Shown: piece after piece, positions 12,001 through 23,469 of the stretch
Layout of the letters: each line of letters begins with the position of its first letter
How positions within the stretch are numbered: position 1 is the first letter of the stretch
Assembly: GCF_030684315.1 (NCBI RefSeq)
Contig: NC_081387.1
Coordinates: forward strand, 21,818,647 to 21,882,646
Source: Stegostoma tigrinum
Lineage: Eukaryota
Length of the DNA stretch: 64,000 nucleotides
Direction of reading: 5' to 3'
Made by a program: the position numbers and the translations under genes
The notes under the pieces: model-generated
Database searches by the model: none
The model's input: only the letters and a program-made list of their open reading frames with translations
Told to the model about the DNA's origin: nothing

Positions 12001-13407
12001 TAAAAAGTGACACATTTTATAAAGTATTGGGGGAAGGTGCTAATCTGTTCAGCTATCTTTGGCATGGAGATGCAGCAAAAACTGTCAATCTTTGTTCTCA
12101 TAACCTGGTTATTCAGGGAGATGCCATGAAAGTGCAGCAAGGAGTATTTACCCCTCTCATCCTGCACTCCCCAAACCGCTCCCCGCACTTGCTTCACTCT
12201 CTAAAGCACTGAAAATCCTTCTCCCATACCCACTCTTTCTTCCATCCCTCCCCATTCTCCCGACTCCCACACTTCCTTCCGCCTTGCCTTCCTGACCTCA
12301 TACCCCAGTGCCCCTTCTTGTCTCTCTCACCCCTCCCCTGTTTCCCTTGAATTGAATTGAATTAGCCCTTTGTCACGTCCTCAAATGAGTAAAGTAAAAA
12401 GCCTGAGGTAACATTTTGGGTCGATTCAGTTCCGAGCAGGACCTGAGCTGTGAACTCTGACTTCTGACTTCTCTCCATAGATGCTGCCAGACCACCTGAG
12501 CTTTTCCAGCAATTTCTGTTTATAGCAGTGAAAAGTTTATACGTTTTCACTTAGTGTACCATCTTAGATGCAATCCTAACTTACAGAACAGGCAAATGAA
12601 GAAAAGTTACATTACAGCTATACAAAGTATAACCATAGGTCAGAAAAAAAGGCAAAGCTAATAAGACAAATATCCCAGTCAGTCCTGAAACACTCTCAGC
12701 AGCAGACCAGCGCTGGGGTTGCCTCCATCTGGTCTGACCACTTGCTGCCCCTGTTCTCGCACCGGGCCACTACCGTCCCTGCTCCTTCACTCCCCTCCGT
12801 TCCCCTCTCCCTCCCTCCCTCCCTCTCACTGACGGTGTTATTTGATCTCTCCCCAGCTCCAGCCTCTCTGACTCTGGACCCGAACACAGCGCATCCCCGG
12901 CTCATCCTGTCTGAGGACCGGACCAGTGTGAGACTCGGATACAAACGGCAGCTGCTCCCTGACTCCCCGGAGAGATTTGATCTCTGGCAATGTATCCTGG
13001 GATCAGAGGGATTCACATCAGGGAGTCATTACTGGGAGGTGGAGGTGGGGGAGAAGATTATGTGGATTCTGGGAGTGGTCCGGGAGTCTGTCAGGAGGAA
13101 AGGGTGGATCAACGCGGTGGAGGAGACCGGATTCTGGATTGTGGCGCTGAGGCTCCAAAAAGGTTATTTTGCCTCCACCTCCCCCTCATGGACTGACCTC
13201 TCCCTGCATGTGAATCCCCGGAAGATCGGGGTTTTCCTGGACTACGAGGGTGGACAGGTGTCATTTTACAACGCGGTCACCATGTCCCATCTCCACACTT
13301 TCACCCACACTTTCACTGACAGGATCTTTCCCTTCTTCAATCCGGGACGGAATATTGACGGGAATAACTCCGGCCCGCTGACAATCTGCGGGATTAAAGG
13401 ACACTGA
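1..13407 (+). CDS. Butyrophilin-like gene 1 (5'-partial): IgV(part)-IgC-TM-5 x 27-nt exons-B30.2; join 1-97,4525-4809,5651-5770,6063-6089,7607-7633,9889-9915,10191-10217,10533-10559,12857-13407
   Basis: All junctions are GT-AG and phase 1. The joined length is 1188 nt, one open frame ending in TGA. Domain motifs are typical of the BTN family. Confidence 0.9.
1560..3945. mobile_element. Old Penelope-like element pair in inverted (tails-out) arrangement: minus arm about 1560-2460, plus arm about 2470-3945
   Basis: Decayed RT/GIY-YIG peptides (LVYC..C...YTGET...RLG..FAEH) on both strands, with PLE tail motifs at both outer ends. Confidence 0.75.
4525..4809 (+). CDS. Gene 1 IgC exon
   Basis: [14 protein letters not shown]...YTC, the BTN IgC signature; 285 nt; acceptor TTGCAG, donor GTCAGT. 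Confidence 0.93.
5651..5770 (+). CDS. Gene 1 transmembrane exon ([40 protein letters not shown])
   Basis: BTN-like FFP motif, hydrophobic helix and basic stop-transfer; follows a long polypyrimidine tract; 120 nt. Confidence 0.9.
6063..6089 (+). CDS. Gene 1 27-nt microexon (GLRKSEDNL)
   Basis: TTTTCCAG / GTAAGT; homologous to 30904-30930. Confidence 0.85.
6430..7007. mobile_element. Probable solo LTR-like repeat (related copy at about 36065-37530)
   Basis: The two copies share sequence and both end in ...CCATAACA; classification uncertain. Confidence 0.4.
7607..7633 (+). CDS. Gene 1 27-nt microexon (ERQRLLDVT)
   Basis: TTACAG / GTGAGT; flanks homologous to 35099-35125. Confidence 0.85.
9889..9915 (+). 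CDS. Gene 1 27-nt microexon (ECEKLQQKL)
   Basis: CTCTTTAG / GTAAGA; homologous to 39528-39554. Confidence 0.85.
   Translation, partial: NVRNFSRS
10191..10217 (+). CDS. Gene 1 27-nt microexon (EQWRPLVQS)
   Basis: CCTTTTAG / GTATGT; encodes the same peptide as 45390-45416. Confidence 0.88.
10533..10559 (+). CDS. Gene 1 27-nt microexon (EWNRIQSYA)
   Basis: TTTGCAG / GTAAAA; homologous to 46677-46703; resembles the W-containing pre-B30.2 exon of BTNs. Confidence 0.88.
10860..11525 (+). mobile_element. Penelope-like element fragment (GIY-YIG and 3' end)
   Basis: Peptide [19 protein letters not shown]...YISET...; absent at the homologous position in gene 2 (about 47030). Confidence 0.85.
11680..11982 (+). 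mobile_element. SINE-like element sharing its 5' body and 3' tail with the LINE at 31160-34675
   Basis: Matches 31215-31425 and 34600-34675. Confidence 0.65.
12857..13407 (+). CDS. Gene 1 terminal exon, B30.2 (PRY-SPRY) domain
   Basis: [44 protein letters not shown] and PFFNP motifs; acceptor CCCCAG. Confidence 0.95.
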
Positions 13408-13415
13408 CTGATCCA

Positions 13416-15021
13416 AGATAATGGGAACTGCAGATGCTGGAGAATCCAAAATAACAAAGTGTGAAGCTGGATGAACACAGCAGCCAAGCAGCATCTCAGG
13501 AGCACAAAAGCTGACGTTTTGGGCCTAGACCCTTCATCAGAGAGGGGAATGGGGAGAGGGTTCTGAAATAAATAGGGAGAGAGGGGGAGGTGGACTGAAG
13601 ATGGATAGAGGAGAAGATAGGTGCAGGGGAGAGTATGGGTTGTGAGATAGGGAGGGGATAGGTCAGTCCGGGGAGGACAGACAGGTCAAGGGGGCGGGAC
13701 GAGGTCAGTAGGAAGGAAATAGAGGTGCGGCTTGAGGTGGGAGCAGGGGATAGGTGAGAGGAACAACAGGTTAGGCAGGGTGGGACAAGCTGGGCTGGTT
13801 TTGGGATGCGGTGGGGGAAGGGGAGATTTTGAAGCTGGTGAAATCCACATTGATGCCATTGGGCTGCAGGGTTGCCAAGCGGAATGTGAGTTGCTGTTCC
13901 TGCAAACTTCGGGTGGCATCATTGTGGCACTGCAGGAGGCCCAGGATGGACACGTCATCAAAGGAATGGGAGGGGAAGTGGAAATGGTTCGCAACTGGGA
14001 GGTGCAGTTGTTTATTGCGAACCGAACGGAGGTGTTCTGCAAAGCGGTCCCCAAGCCTCCGCTTGGTTTCCCCAATGTAGAGGAAGCCACACCGTGTACA
14101 GCGGACGCAGTATACGACATTGGCAGATGTGCAGGTGAACATCTGCTTGATGGTGAAAGTCATCTTGGGCCCTGGGATTGGGTTGAGGGAGGAGGTGTGG
14201 GGGCAAGTGTAGTACTTCCTGCGGTTGCAGGGAAAGGTGCCGGGTGTGGTGGGGTTGGAGGTCAGTGTGGAGCGGACAAGGGAGTCGCGGAGAGAGTGAT
14301 CTCTCTGGAAGGCAGACAAGGGTGGGGATGGAAAAATGTCTTGGATGGTGGGGTCGGATTGTAGATGGTGGAAGTGTCGGAGGATGATGCATTGTAACCG
14401 GAGGTTGGTGGAGTGGTATGTGAGGACTAGGGGGATTTTCTTTGGGTGATTACTGAAGGGGCGGGGTGTGAGGGATGTGTTGCGGGAAATGTGGGAGACA
14501 CGGTCGAGGGTGTTCTCGACCACTGCAGGGGGGAGGTTGTGGCCCTTTAAGAACGAGGACATCTGGGATGCGAGGGAGTGAAATGACTCATCCTGGGAGC
14601 AGATGCGGTGGATGCGAATCCCCTATTCCCAATTCCTTCACCTCCGCCGCATCTGTATATTGGGGAAACCAAGCGGTGGCTTGGGGATTGCTTTGCAGAA
14701 CAGCTATGCTCGGTTCGCAGTGAACAACTGCACCTCCCAGTCACGAACCATTTCAACTCCCCCTCCCATTCCTTAGATGGCATGTCCATCATGGGCCTCC
14801 TGCAGTGCCACAATGATGCCACCCATAGGTTGCAGGAACAGCAACTCATATTCCGCTTGGGAACCCTGCAGCCCAATGTTATCAATGTGGATTTCACCAG
14901 CTTCAAAATCTTGCCTCCCCCCACTGCATCCCAAAACCTGCCTAGCTCATCCCCGCCTGCCTAACCTGTTGTTCCTCTCACCTATCCCCTCCTCACACCT
15001 CAAGTCGCACCTCCATTTCCT
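13416..15021. mobile_element. Penelope-like fold-back insertion (minus arm 13416-14612, plus arm 14618-15021) directly after the gene 1 stop codon
   Basis: RT C-terminus/GIY-YIG ORF 13771-14562(-); flanking direct repeat ACTGACTGATCCA at 13403-13415 and 15022-15034. Confidence 0.92.
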
Positions 15022-15395
15022 ACTGACTGATCCATCCCATAATTTCATCCAGTTCCCCCTGCCTTCTGCCAGCTGTGAACTGATGGGGTTCGGTCTCAGT
15101 TACAGGGGGAGAAAGAGGCCAGGTTAATATTCCGGGAATAAACCGTGTATCGGAACTGGGAGCTGAAAGATCAGCAAGGAGCTCTGTAGGGCTGGGGGAC
15201 AGATGGAGGGAGAGAGAAAAAAAAGAATCTCAATTGTAGAGCCGGACTTACTGGGTGGAATGAGCTGTGAGCTGCAGGAGCCCGGGGACCTCCTGTCTGT
15301 CATGTTGCTCCACAGGCAGGAGGTGGCGCTATATCTTTATTCAAACAAAAAAAGTCGAAGATTCGCTGGAACAAATGCAAAATTTCTCTAAAACA

Positions 15396-15401
15396 AATAA
15401 A
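15396..15401 (+). terminator. Candidate poly(A) signal of gene 1 (AATAAA)
   Basis: AATAAA followed by a U/GU-rich tract; alternatives at 15137 and inside the PLE at 13567. Confidence 0.4.
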
Positions 15402-16727
15402 TCCAAGAAACAATAAGTAAACTTCCTGTTTGTCTTATTTGCAATCTTCTCCAGAGTTTGTATCCTTGCACTTGCTATTCCAAACTCTTCCTGGATTATT
15501 TGAAGAATCTCTAGTTGGGGCCACTGGCGTGTTAGTTGCCTGGAAATGATAGCAAATTTTCTCTGGAACTTCAGTTATTGCCATATTGAGATGTTCAGGA
15601 GGTGGCCAGTGGGAAGGTCCGTCGATTTCAACATTTGAGGCTGTAGAGAGACTTGGATGAGGTTATTTGGCTAGCCCCAATCTAGTGCCTATGTCCCTGC
15701 ATCCCTGCAATTTCTTTGCTCATCCAATTCAAATTACAAGTTCGGTGTCAGAAGATTGTAATGTTGTAATTTTGTAAATTTGTAGATGTTTCAGTTTGTT
15801 CAAAAAAGAAGTGTCAATGTAATTCGAGCAGCAACAACCCAGTGTAATCAGCCTCAGTGATGGGAACTTTTCGGAATAATCTTTGACAGGTTAGACAAGT
15901 GTTGTTTAATTAAGGAAAGCCAGTATGGGTTTATTAGAAGCAAATCACATTTAACTAAATAGATTGAACTTTCTAATGAAGACTGTTAGGATCGAGATGG
16001 GAGCGTATTTCTGGACTTGAAAAGGAATTTGACAAATTGTCACCTTAAAGAATTAGAAATATCTCTGAAGCCTATGGAATGAAATGACTGTGACAATGTA
16101 AAAATGATTTCTTTACTGTTTTGGCAAATGATTGCTCAACCCAAAATGGTAACTCTGTTACTCTCCCAGCAGCTGCCTCAGACCTATTGAGCTTTTCCAG
16201 CAATCTCTGTTTTTGTTTAGGGATTCCAGCATCTACAGTTCCTTTTTCTTTGAAGTTGAACTCATCTGGTGACAGTGAATGAGCATTTTTCAGATGGTAT
16301 GAGTTTGGCAGTGATGTTTCCTATGGTAAGTTCCAGGAGCAGTGATTTTCTGGTATATACTAATGTCTTGAGAATGGGTATACAGCACTGAATTTTGAAT
16401 GATACAGATGCCATCAAAATCAGCATTGTTTACGCAGCTAAGTCCTCAGTGACAGATATCTAGAGGGCAGAGATTTGTTCATGGAATGAACTGACATGTT
16501 ACCAGTGTAATTTATGTTAACTGGTACATATTGGTTTTAAGCTCTTTATCTTTGTTCCCCATCATCAATGATTTTCACACGTAGTCATAAAAACCTCTCT
16601 GTTCCTCCATTTGTTTTTGAATTTACCCTTATCTTTGTATTGTTCATCCTGCCTCTCTTTTTAAATTGAATAAATGCACTAAAGGAACAAAACTATTAAA
16701 CAATTCCATAAAACATTGCTTGACCTC

Positions 16728-17138
16728 AGAGACAATGGGAACTGCAGATGCTGGAGAATCCAAGATAACAAAGTATGAAGCTGGATGAACACAGCAGGCC
16801 AAGTTGCATCTCAGGAGCACAAAAGCTGACGTTTCGGGCCTCGACCCTTCATCAGAGAGGGGGCTGGGGTGAGGGTTCTGAAATAAATAGGGAGAGAGGG
16901 GGAGGCGGACTGAAGATGGATAGAGGAGAAGATAGGTGGAGAGGAGAATATTGGTGGGGATGTAGGGAGGGGATAGGTCAGTCCGGGGAGGACGGACAGG
17001 TCAAGGGGGTGGGATGAGGTTAATAGGTAGGAAATGGAGGTGCCGCTTGAGGTGGGAGGAGGGGATAGGTGAGAGGAAGAACAAGTTAGGGAGGCAGGGA
17101 CGTGCTAGGCTGGTTTTGGGATGCTGTCCTGCTGTGTT
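16728..17138 (-). mobile_element. Penelope-like 3' fragment with a short inverted end
   Basis: TSD CATTGCTTGACCTC at 16714-16727 and 17139-17152. Confidence 0.88.
16828..16855 (-). ncRNA. Minimal hammerhead ribozyme motif (CUGAUGA-A-GGGUCGAGGCCC-GAAAC-GUC)
   Basis: Catalytic core boxes, stem II, palindromic ACGU helix III and a GUC cleavage triplet; stem I is only about 2 bp. Confidence 0.65.
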
Positions 17139-17487
17139 CATTGCTTGACCTCCACTGGAGAACTTTATCTAATTCTGGGCACGGCTGTTTGAGAAGGATG
17201 TGAATGGTGCATTGAATAGTTTTGAGAATGCAACACTTTGTTTGGAAGATAGATTGGAGAGGTAAGTTATTCTCCTGAAGATAGAGAAAATTTTGAGCAG
17301 ATTTACAGTATTTGATCAAAATTATCAGGTGTCTGGAAAGAATGGAGAAAGAATGAGGCTGTTTGTTTTGACAGAATTATCCATCACAAGAACAGATGGA
17401 CTCGAAGTGATTGGCAAATTAATCACAGGATTAATTGAAGGACGTGGAAACTTTGGAGATAGTGCAGAGAAGATTCACCAGGATGTT

Positions 17488-20400
17488 GTATCAGTGTTAA
17501 TGGGAACTGCAGATGCTGGAGAATCCAAGATAACAAAGTGTGGAGCTGGATGAACACAGCAGGCCAAGCAGTATCTTAGGAGCACAAAAGCTGACATTTC
17601 GGGCCTAGACCCTTCAAAAGAGAGGGGGATGGGGAGAGGGAACTGGAATAAATAGGGAGAGAGGGGGAGGCGGTCCAAAGATGGAGAGAAAACAAGATAG
17701 GGAGAGAGGAGAGTATCGGTGGGGAGGTAGGGAGGGGATAGGTCAGTCCAGGAAAGATGGACAGGTCAAGGAGGCGGGATGAGGTTAGTAGGTAGGAAAT
17801 GGAGGTGCGGCTTGAGGTGGGATGAAGGGATGGTTGAGAGGAAGAACAGGTTAGGGAAGCAGAGACAGGCTGGGTTGGTTTTGGGATGCAGTGTGTGGAG
17901 GGGACGAGCTGGGCTGGTTTTGTGATACAGTGGGAGGCAGGGAAGAACTGGGCTGGTTTTGGGATGTAGTAGGGGAAGGGGAGATTTTGAAGCTTGTGAA
18001 GTCCACGTTGATACCATTGGGCTGCAGGGTTCCCAAGCGGAATATGAGTTGCTGTTCCTGCAACCTTCGGGTGGCACCATTGTGGCACTGCAGGAGGCCC
18101 ATGATGGACATGTCGTCTGAGGAATGGGAGGGGGAGTTAAAATGGTTCGCGACTGGGAGGTGCAGTTGTTTGTTGCGAACTGAGCGGAGGTGTTCTGCAA
18201 AGCGGTCCGCAAGCCTCCACTTGGTTTCCCCAATGTAGAGGAAGCCACACCGGGTGCAATGGATACAATATACCACATTGGCAGATGTGCAGGTGAACAT
18301 CTGTTTGATATGGAAGGTCATCCTGGGTCCTGGGATGGGGGTGAGGGAGGAGGTGTGGGGGCAAGTGTAGCATTTCCTGCGGTTGCAGGGGAAGGTGCTG
18401 GGTGTGATGGAGTTGGAGGGGAGTGTGGAGCGGACAAGGGAGTCGCGGAGAGAGTGGTCTCTCCGGAAGGCAGACAAGGGTGTGAATGGGAAAACGGCTT
18501 GGGTGGTGGGGTCGGATTGTAGATGGCGGAAGTGTCGGAGGATGATATGTTGTATCCGGAGGTTGGTGGGGTGGTATGTGAGGACGAGAGGTATCCTCTG
18601 GGGGTGGTTGTGGCGTGGGCAGGGTGTGAGGGATGTGTTGCGGGAAGCACGGTCAAGGGCGTTCTCGACCACTGTGGGGGGAAAGTTGCGGTCCTGGAAG
18701 AACGTGGACATCTGGGATATGCGGGAGTGGAATGCCTCATCGTGGGAGCAGATGCGGTGGAGGCGGAGGAATTGGGAATAGGGGATGGAATTTTTGCAGG
18801 AGTGTGGGTGGGAGGAGGTGTATTTTAGGTAGTTGTGGGAGTCAGTAGGCTTGAAATGGACATCAGTTTCTAGCTGGTTACCTGAGATGGAGACTGAGAG
18901 GTCCAGGAAGGTGAGGGATGTGCTGGAGATGGCCCAGGTGAACTGAAGGTTGGGGTGGAAGGTGTTGGTGAAGTGGATGAACTGTTCGAGCTCCTCTGGG
19001 GAGCAAGAGGCGGTGCCGATACAGGCATCAATGTAACGGAGGAAGAGGTGGGGTTTGGGGCGTGTGTAGGTGTGGAAGGGGGACTGTTCCACGTATTACA
19101 CTGTTCAACGCACCTACACAGTGGAATACGTGGAACAGTTCCTCTTCCGCACCTACACACGCCCCAAACCCCATCTCTTCCTCCGTTACCTTGATGACTA
19201 TATCCGCGCCACCTCTTGCTCCCCAGAGGAGCTCGAACAGTTCATCCACTTCACCAACACCTTCCACCCCAACCTCAAGTTCACCTGGGCCATCTCCAAC
19301 ACATTCCTCACCTTCCTGGACCTCTCAGTCTCCATCTCAGGTAACAAGCTAGAAACTGATGTCCATTTCAAGCCTACTGACTCCCACAACTACCTAAAAT
19401 ACACCTCCTCCCACCCACCCTCCCGCAAAATTTCCATCCCCTATTCCCAATTCCCCCACCTCCACCGCATCTGTCCCAGGATGAGGCATTCCACTCCCGC
19501 ATATCCCAGATGTCCACGTTCTTCCAGGACCACAACTTTCCACCCACAGTGGTCGAGAACGGCCTTGACCGCATCTCCCACATTTCCCGCAACACATCCC
19601 TCACACCCCACCCCTGCCACAATCGCCCCCAGAGGTTACCCCTCGTCCTCACATACCACCCCACCAATCTCCGGATACAACATATCATCCTCCGACACTT
19701 CCGCCATCTACAATCTAACCCCACCACCCAAGCCATTTTTCCATTCACACCCTTGTCTGCCGTCCGGAGAGTCCACTCTCTCCGTGACTCCCTTGTCCAC
19801 TCCACACTCCCCTCCAACCCCACCATACCTGGCACCTTCCCCTGCAACCGCAGGAAGTGCTACACTTGCCCCCACACCTCCTTCCTCACCCCCATCCCAG
19901 GACCCAGGATGACCTTCCATATCAAACAGATGTTCACCTGTACATCAGCCAACATGGTATATTGTTTCCACTGCACCTGGTGTGGCTTCCTCTGCATTGG
20001 GGAAACCAAGTGGAGGCTTGGGGACCGCTTTGCAGAACACCTCCGCTCGGTTCGCAACAAACAACTGCACCTCCCAGTCGCGACCCATTTCCACTCCCCC
20101 TCCCATTCCTCAGACGACATGTCCATCATGGGCCTCCTGCAGTGCCACAATGATGCCACCCGAAGGTTGCAAGAACAGCAGCTCATATTCCGCTTGGGAA
20201 CCCTGCAGCCCAATGGTATCAACGTGGACTTCACAAGCTTCAAAATCTCCCCTTCCCCTACTACATCCCAAAACCAGCCCAGTTCTTCCCTGCCCCCCAC
20301 TGCATCACAAAACTAGCCCAGCTCGTCCCCTCCACACACTGCATCCCAAAACCAACCCAGCCTGTCTCTGCTTCCCTAACCTGTTCTTCCCCTCACCCAT

Positions 20401-20701
20401 CCCTTCATCCCACCTCAAGCCGCACCTCCATTTCCTACCTACTGACCTCATCCCGCCTCCTTGACCTGTCCATCTTTCCTGGACTGACCTATCCCCTCCC
20501 TACTTCCCCACCCATACTCTCCACTCTCCCTATCTTGTTTTCTCTCCATCTTTGGACCGCCTCCCCCTCTCTCCCTATTTATTCCAGTTCTCTCTCCCCA
20601 TCCCCCTCTCTGATGAAGGGTCTCGGCCGGAAATGTCAGCTTTTGTGCTCCTGGGATGCTGCTTGGCCTGCTGTGTTCATCCAGCTCCACACTTTGTTAT
20701 C
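17488..20701. mobile_element. 3.2-kb palindromic Penelope-like insertion (two arms of about 1.6 kb) inside a CR1 fragment
   Basis: RT (LRYIDA / LRYLDD, FLDL) and GIY-YIG ORFs on both strands; TSD TTCACCAGGATGTT at 17474-17487 and 20702-20715. Confidence 0.95.
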
Positions 20702-21119
20702 TTCACCAGGATGTTCCCTGGACTCCAGGGCATTGGCAATGAGGAAAAGTTAAAAAGACTAGGATTATTTTCACTGGAAAGATGATGGTTGAGAGGAGAC
20801 CTGACAGAGGTCTATAAAAGTATGAGAGGTATAGATAGGGTGATAGTCCAGAGGTTTCACCCCCCCTCCCCGTGTTGAAGTTTCAATCTCAAGGTGGCAG
20901 AGGTTCAAGGTGAGGGCAGAGCGAAAGTTTGAGGGAGATGTGCGAGGAAAGTTTTTCATGCAGAGAGAAAGTGATGGAAAGTAATTTGAGCGGGACTCCC
21001 GATGGGGCAGGAATTTGAACAAACATTTCAATATTGTAATGTGACAGAGGGTGCAGGAGGACTGGAGATAAACTGGCTAAAACTTAGCCAAAATTCTCTG
21101 CATTAGACACTCAAACGCG

Positions 21120-21276
21120 GCCGTCCTTCCGCTGTTCTTGAAGTTAACGCCCTCAAACTTTCCGCTGAAACACACGCAGAAGGTGAAGCGGAGGTGACAT
21201 CAAATCGAAACTGAAAGGCTCTCTCCCCTGTTTCTGTGCGTCGCCCCCTTCCTGAATTTTGGATTTTCTTTTCTGG
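21120..21276 (+). promoter_or_regulatory. Putative promoter / non-coding exon 1 of gene 2, with ISRE GAAACTGAAA (21207-21216) and ETS-like and kB-like motifs
   Basis: CpG-richer segment; donor GTGAGT at 21277; the motifs are conserved in the inverted paralogous block at 58755-58900. Confidence 0.55.
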
Positions 21277-22090
21277 GTGAGTTTGGGGACAATTTCAGCT
21301 CATGTCTGTTTCAATGTAATCCACTCCAATCTCCCTTTCGACGGGGGTGTCCTGGATCTCACACTCAGTCCTGTGGAAAATAAGTGGGACTGAATCCTGT
21401 AAACGGTACGAGTCCGGGCCCGGAGACCGGGAGGGCCGGGCTGTGGGAGGGTGAAGGTTCACAGACCCTGGGTGAGCGGGACAGTGGGTTCCGGGGACAT
21501 GGGTACTAAATGGTGACCCATCTGTTCCCGTGTGGGACTCCGTGCTGGTTTTCCCAGCTCAAAACTGATTCCCACTGCATAACCGGGATGGTCCCAGGAT
21601 TCGCTGATCTGGAATCCCCACTTTCCAACAGAGACCGGACGATTTTTAAAAAAAAACTTTTAATTCTTGCGTGAGGCCGCCCTCCCCATCTCTCCAAGTT
21701 GTAAAAGGAACGGGCTATCGGGAATATTGGACAGATTTAAGAAGCCCGGTGACTGACCCAGAGGTGAATCGAGTGTTGTTACTCCTTCCTTTACATCAGG
21801 AGGTCGTGAGTTCAAGCCCAACTCCAGGACTTGGCCATGAAACCGGAGACTCGAGTGCTGTACTGAGGGAGTGCACGCTGATCAATGAGACTTTATCCAA
21901 AACCTCATTTGATCTCTTGGTGGTAGATCTACAAGCTCTCACGGCCGCTATTTCAAAGACGGGGGGTCGGGGGGTTGGGGGGGGGGGCGTTGTTTTCAGC
22001 GTCCAGAAGTACTTTTGTTTGCTTTGGCATGTGGCTATAAGGTGCTGCATAGATGTAAGCCTTTCCACCAGAAGCTGTCAATGTTATTAA

Positions 22091-22197
22091 GGAGATAGTA
22101 GGAACTGATTTCTGAAGAAGGGTCTAGGCCCGAAACGTCAGCCTTCCTGGCTCCTCTGATGCTGCTTGTCCTGCTGTGCTCCGACACCTTGTTATCT
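22091..22197. mobile_element. Miniature PLE-derived insertion carrying a hammerhead core
   Basis: Inverted terminus followed by a plus-strand 3' segment; imperfect TSD AATGTT(A)TTAAGGAG. Confidence 0.75.
22112..22139 (+). ncRNA. Minimal hammerhead ribozyme motif (CUGAAGA variant)
   Basis: CTGAAGAAGGGTCTAGGCCCGAAACGTC; sense to gene 2 intron 1. Confidence 0.65.
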
Positions 22198-23469
22198 AAT
22201 GTTTTAAGGAGCTTGCAAAGGTCCGTGTTATGGAGATGTCACTGCTGGTGTGGCTGGCTGGGGGTTATCAATAGAAGGCAGTCATAAATAAGTCCAACTG
22301 GCAACCCAGCAGAAACTTCCTCAATCAGAGAGAGGGGATTGTTTATGTGAATGGTACCAATATCTCCCTCCTCCACTCTCCACATCTCTGGTCCTGATGT
22401 AAATTATTTGGATACTTCAGGATGTTAAATCTTACTGTTTCCTGTGCCCTGCCCCAGGCAAACCAGAGAAAAGTTACAGGATAGAAAAAGGCCACTGCAG
22501 AATAAAATTTTACACTCCGAAATATTCTAATACCACCTTCCAGCTCCTGGTCCATAGCCTTGCAGGTTCCAGCACATCCAGATCCAGGGTCTTTTTAAAT
22601 GAGTTGAGGATTTACTCTGAGTGAAAGTGACACTCATGTCCCCTGTCATCCTTTATCCATCACCTTCAGTCTGTGTTCCCTGGTGATTGATTGCACTGCC
22701 AAGGGAAGAAGTCTTCCCTGCGCACGCTATCCCAGAACCTCATTATTTTGTAATCTTAATTAAGCCACCCTGCAGCCTCCTCCATTGACAGGAAAACAAA
22801 ACTAACTGACTTTTGCTCAATTACTTCAATTTCCAAGCACTGGCAATATTCTTCTAAATCTTCTGAATTATGTCCAGACCCATTACGCCCTTCCTGTAAG
22901 GACCTAACTAGAGCTGTACACAAAACTCCCATCTCTAGTCGGTGTCTTCATACAGATCCAGCAATTATTTCCTGCTTTTGTACTCAGTGCCTCACCCAAT
23001 GAAGGAAAGCATCCTGGCTGCCTTCTTTACCTCCTTGTCTACATATCGCACTATCTCAAGAATGTAGATGTGCACTTTGAGATCTTCACTTTTGTGCCCC
23101 TCAGTTCCTTCCTGTTTGTGGTGTATTCCTTAGCTTTGATTGCTCTTCCCAAGTACGTAACCTCACACTACTCTGGAGGGAATTCCATTAACCACTTTTC
23201 TGCCCCCTCAACCAACCACTGATATCATTCCGTAGTTGACTGCCATTCTCTTCCCTGTCAATCACAGGGCCAATTTTTCATGCATGGAATTATCCTAATC
23301 ATGCTTCCAACATTTATGTCTAAATTAATAATAGGTACCATTATCACGTAGGGGCCCAACACTGAGCCCTATGGAACACCGTTGAGAAATGTTTCCCATT
23401 CACAAAAACACCCATTGACCATTACCCTTTATTTCCTGTCACTGAAGCAGTTTTGGATCCAATTCACCA

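Noticed and set aside
17851-20316. 413-, 280- and 268-aa ORFs as host genes or an active retroelement
   Set aside because: They are 5'-truncated PLE RT/GIY-YIG fragments; the left arm has YIDA in place of the catalytic DD and the right arm is frameshifted.
15168-21870. Simple inverted segmental duplication of 15-22 kb to 53-59 kb
   Set aside because: The block order is wrong for a single inversion, and the intervening sequences do not match.
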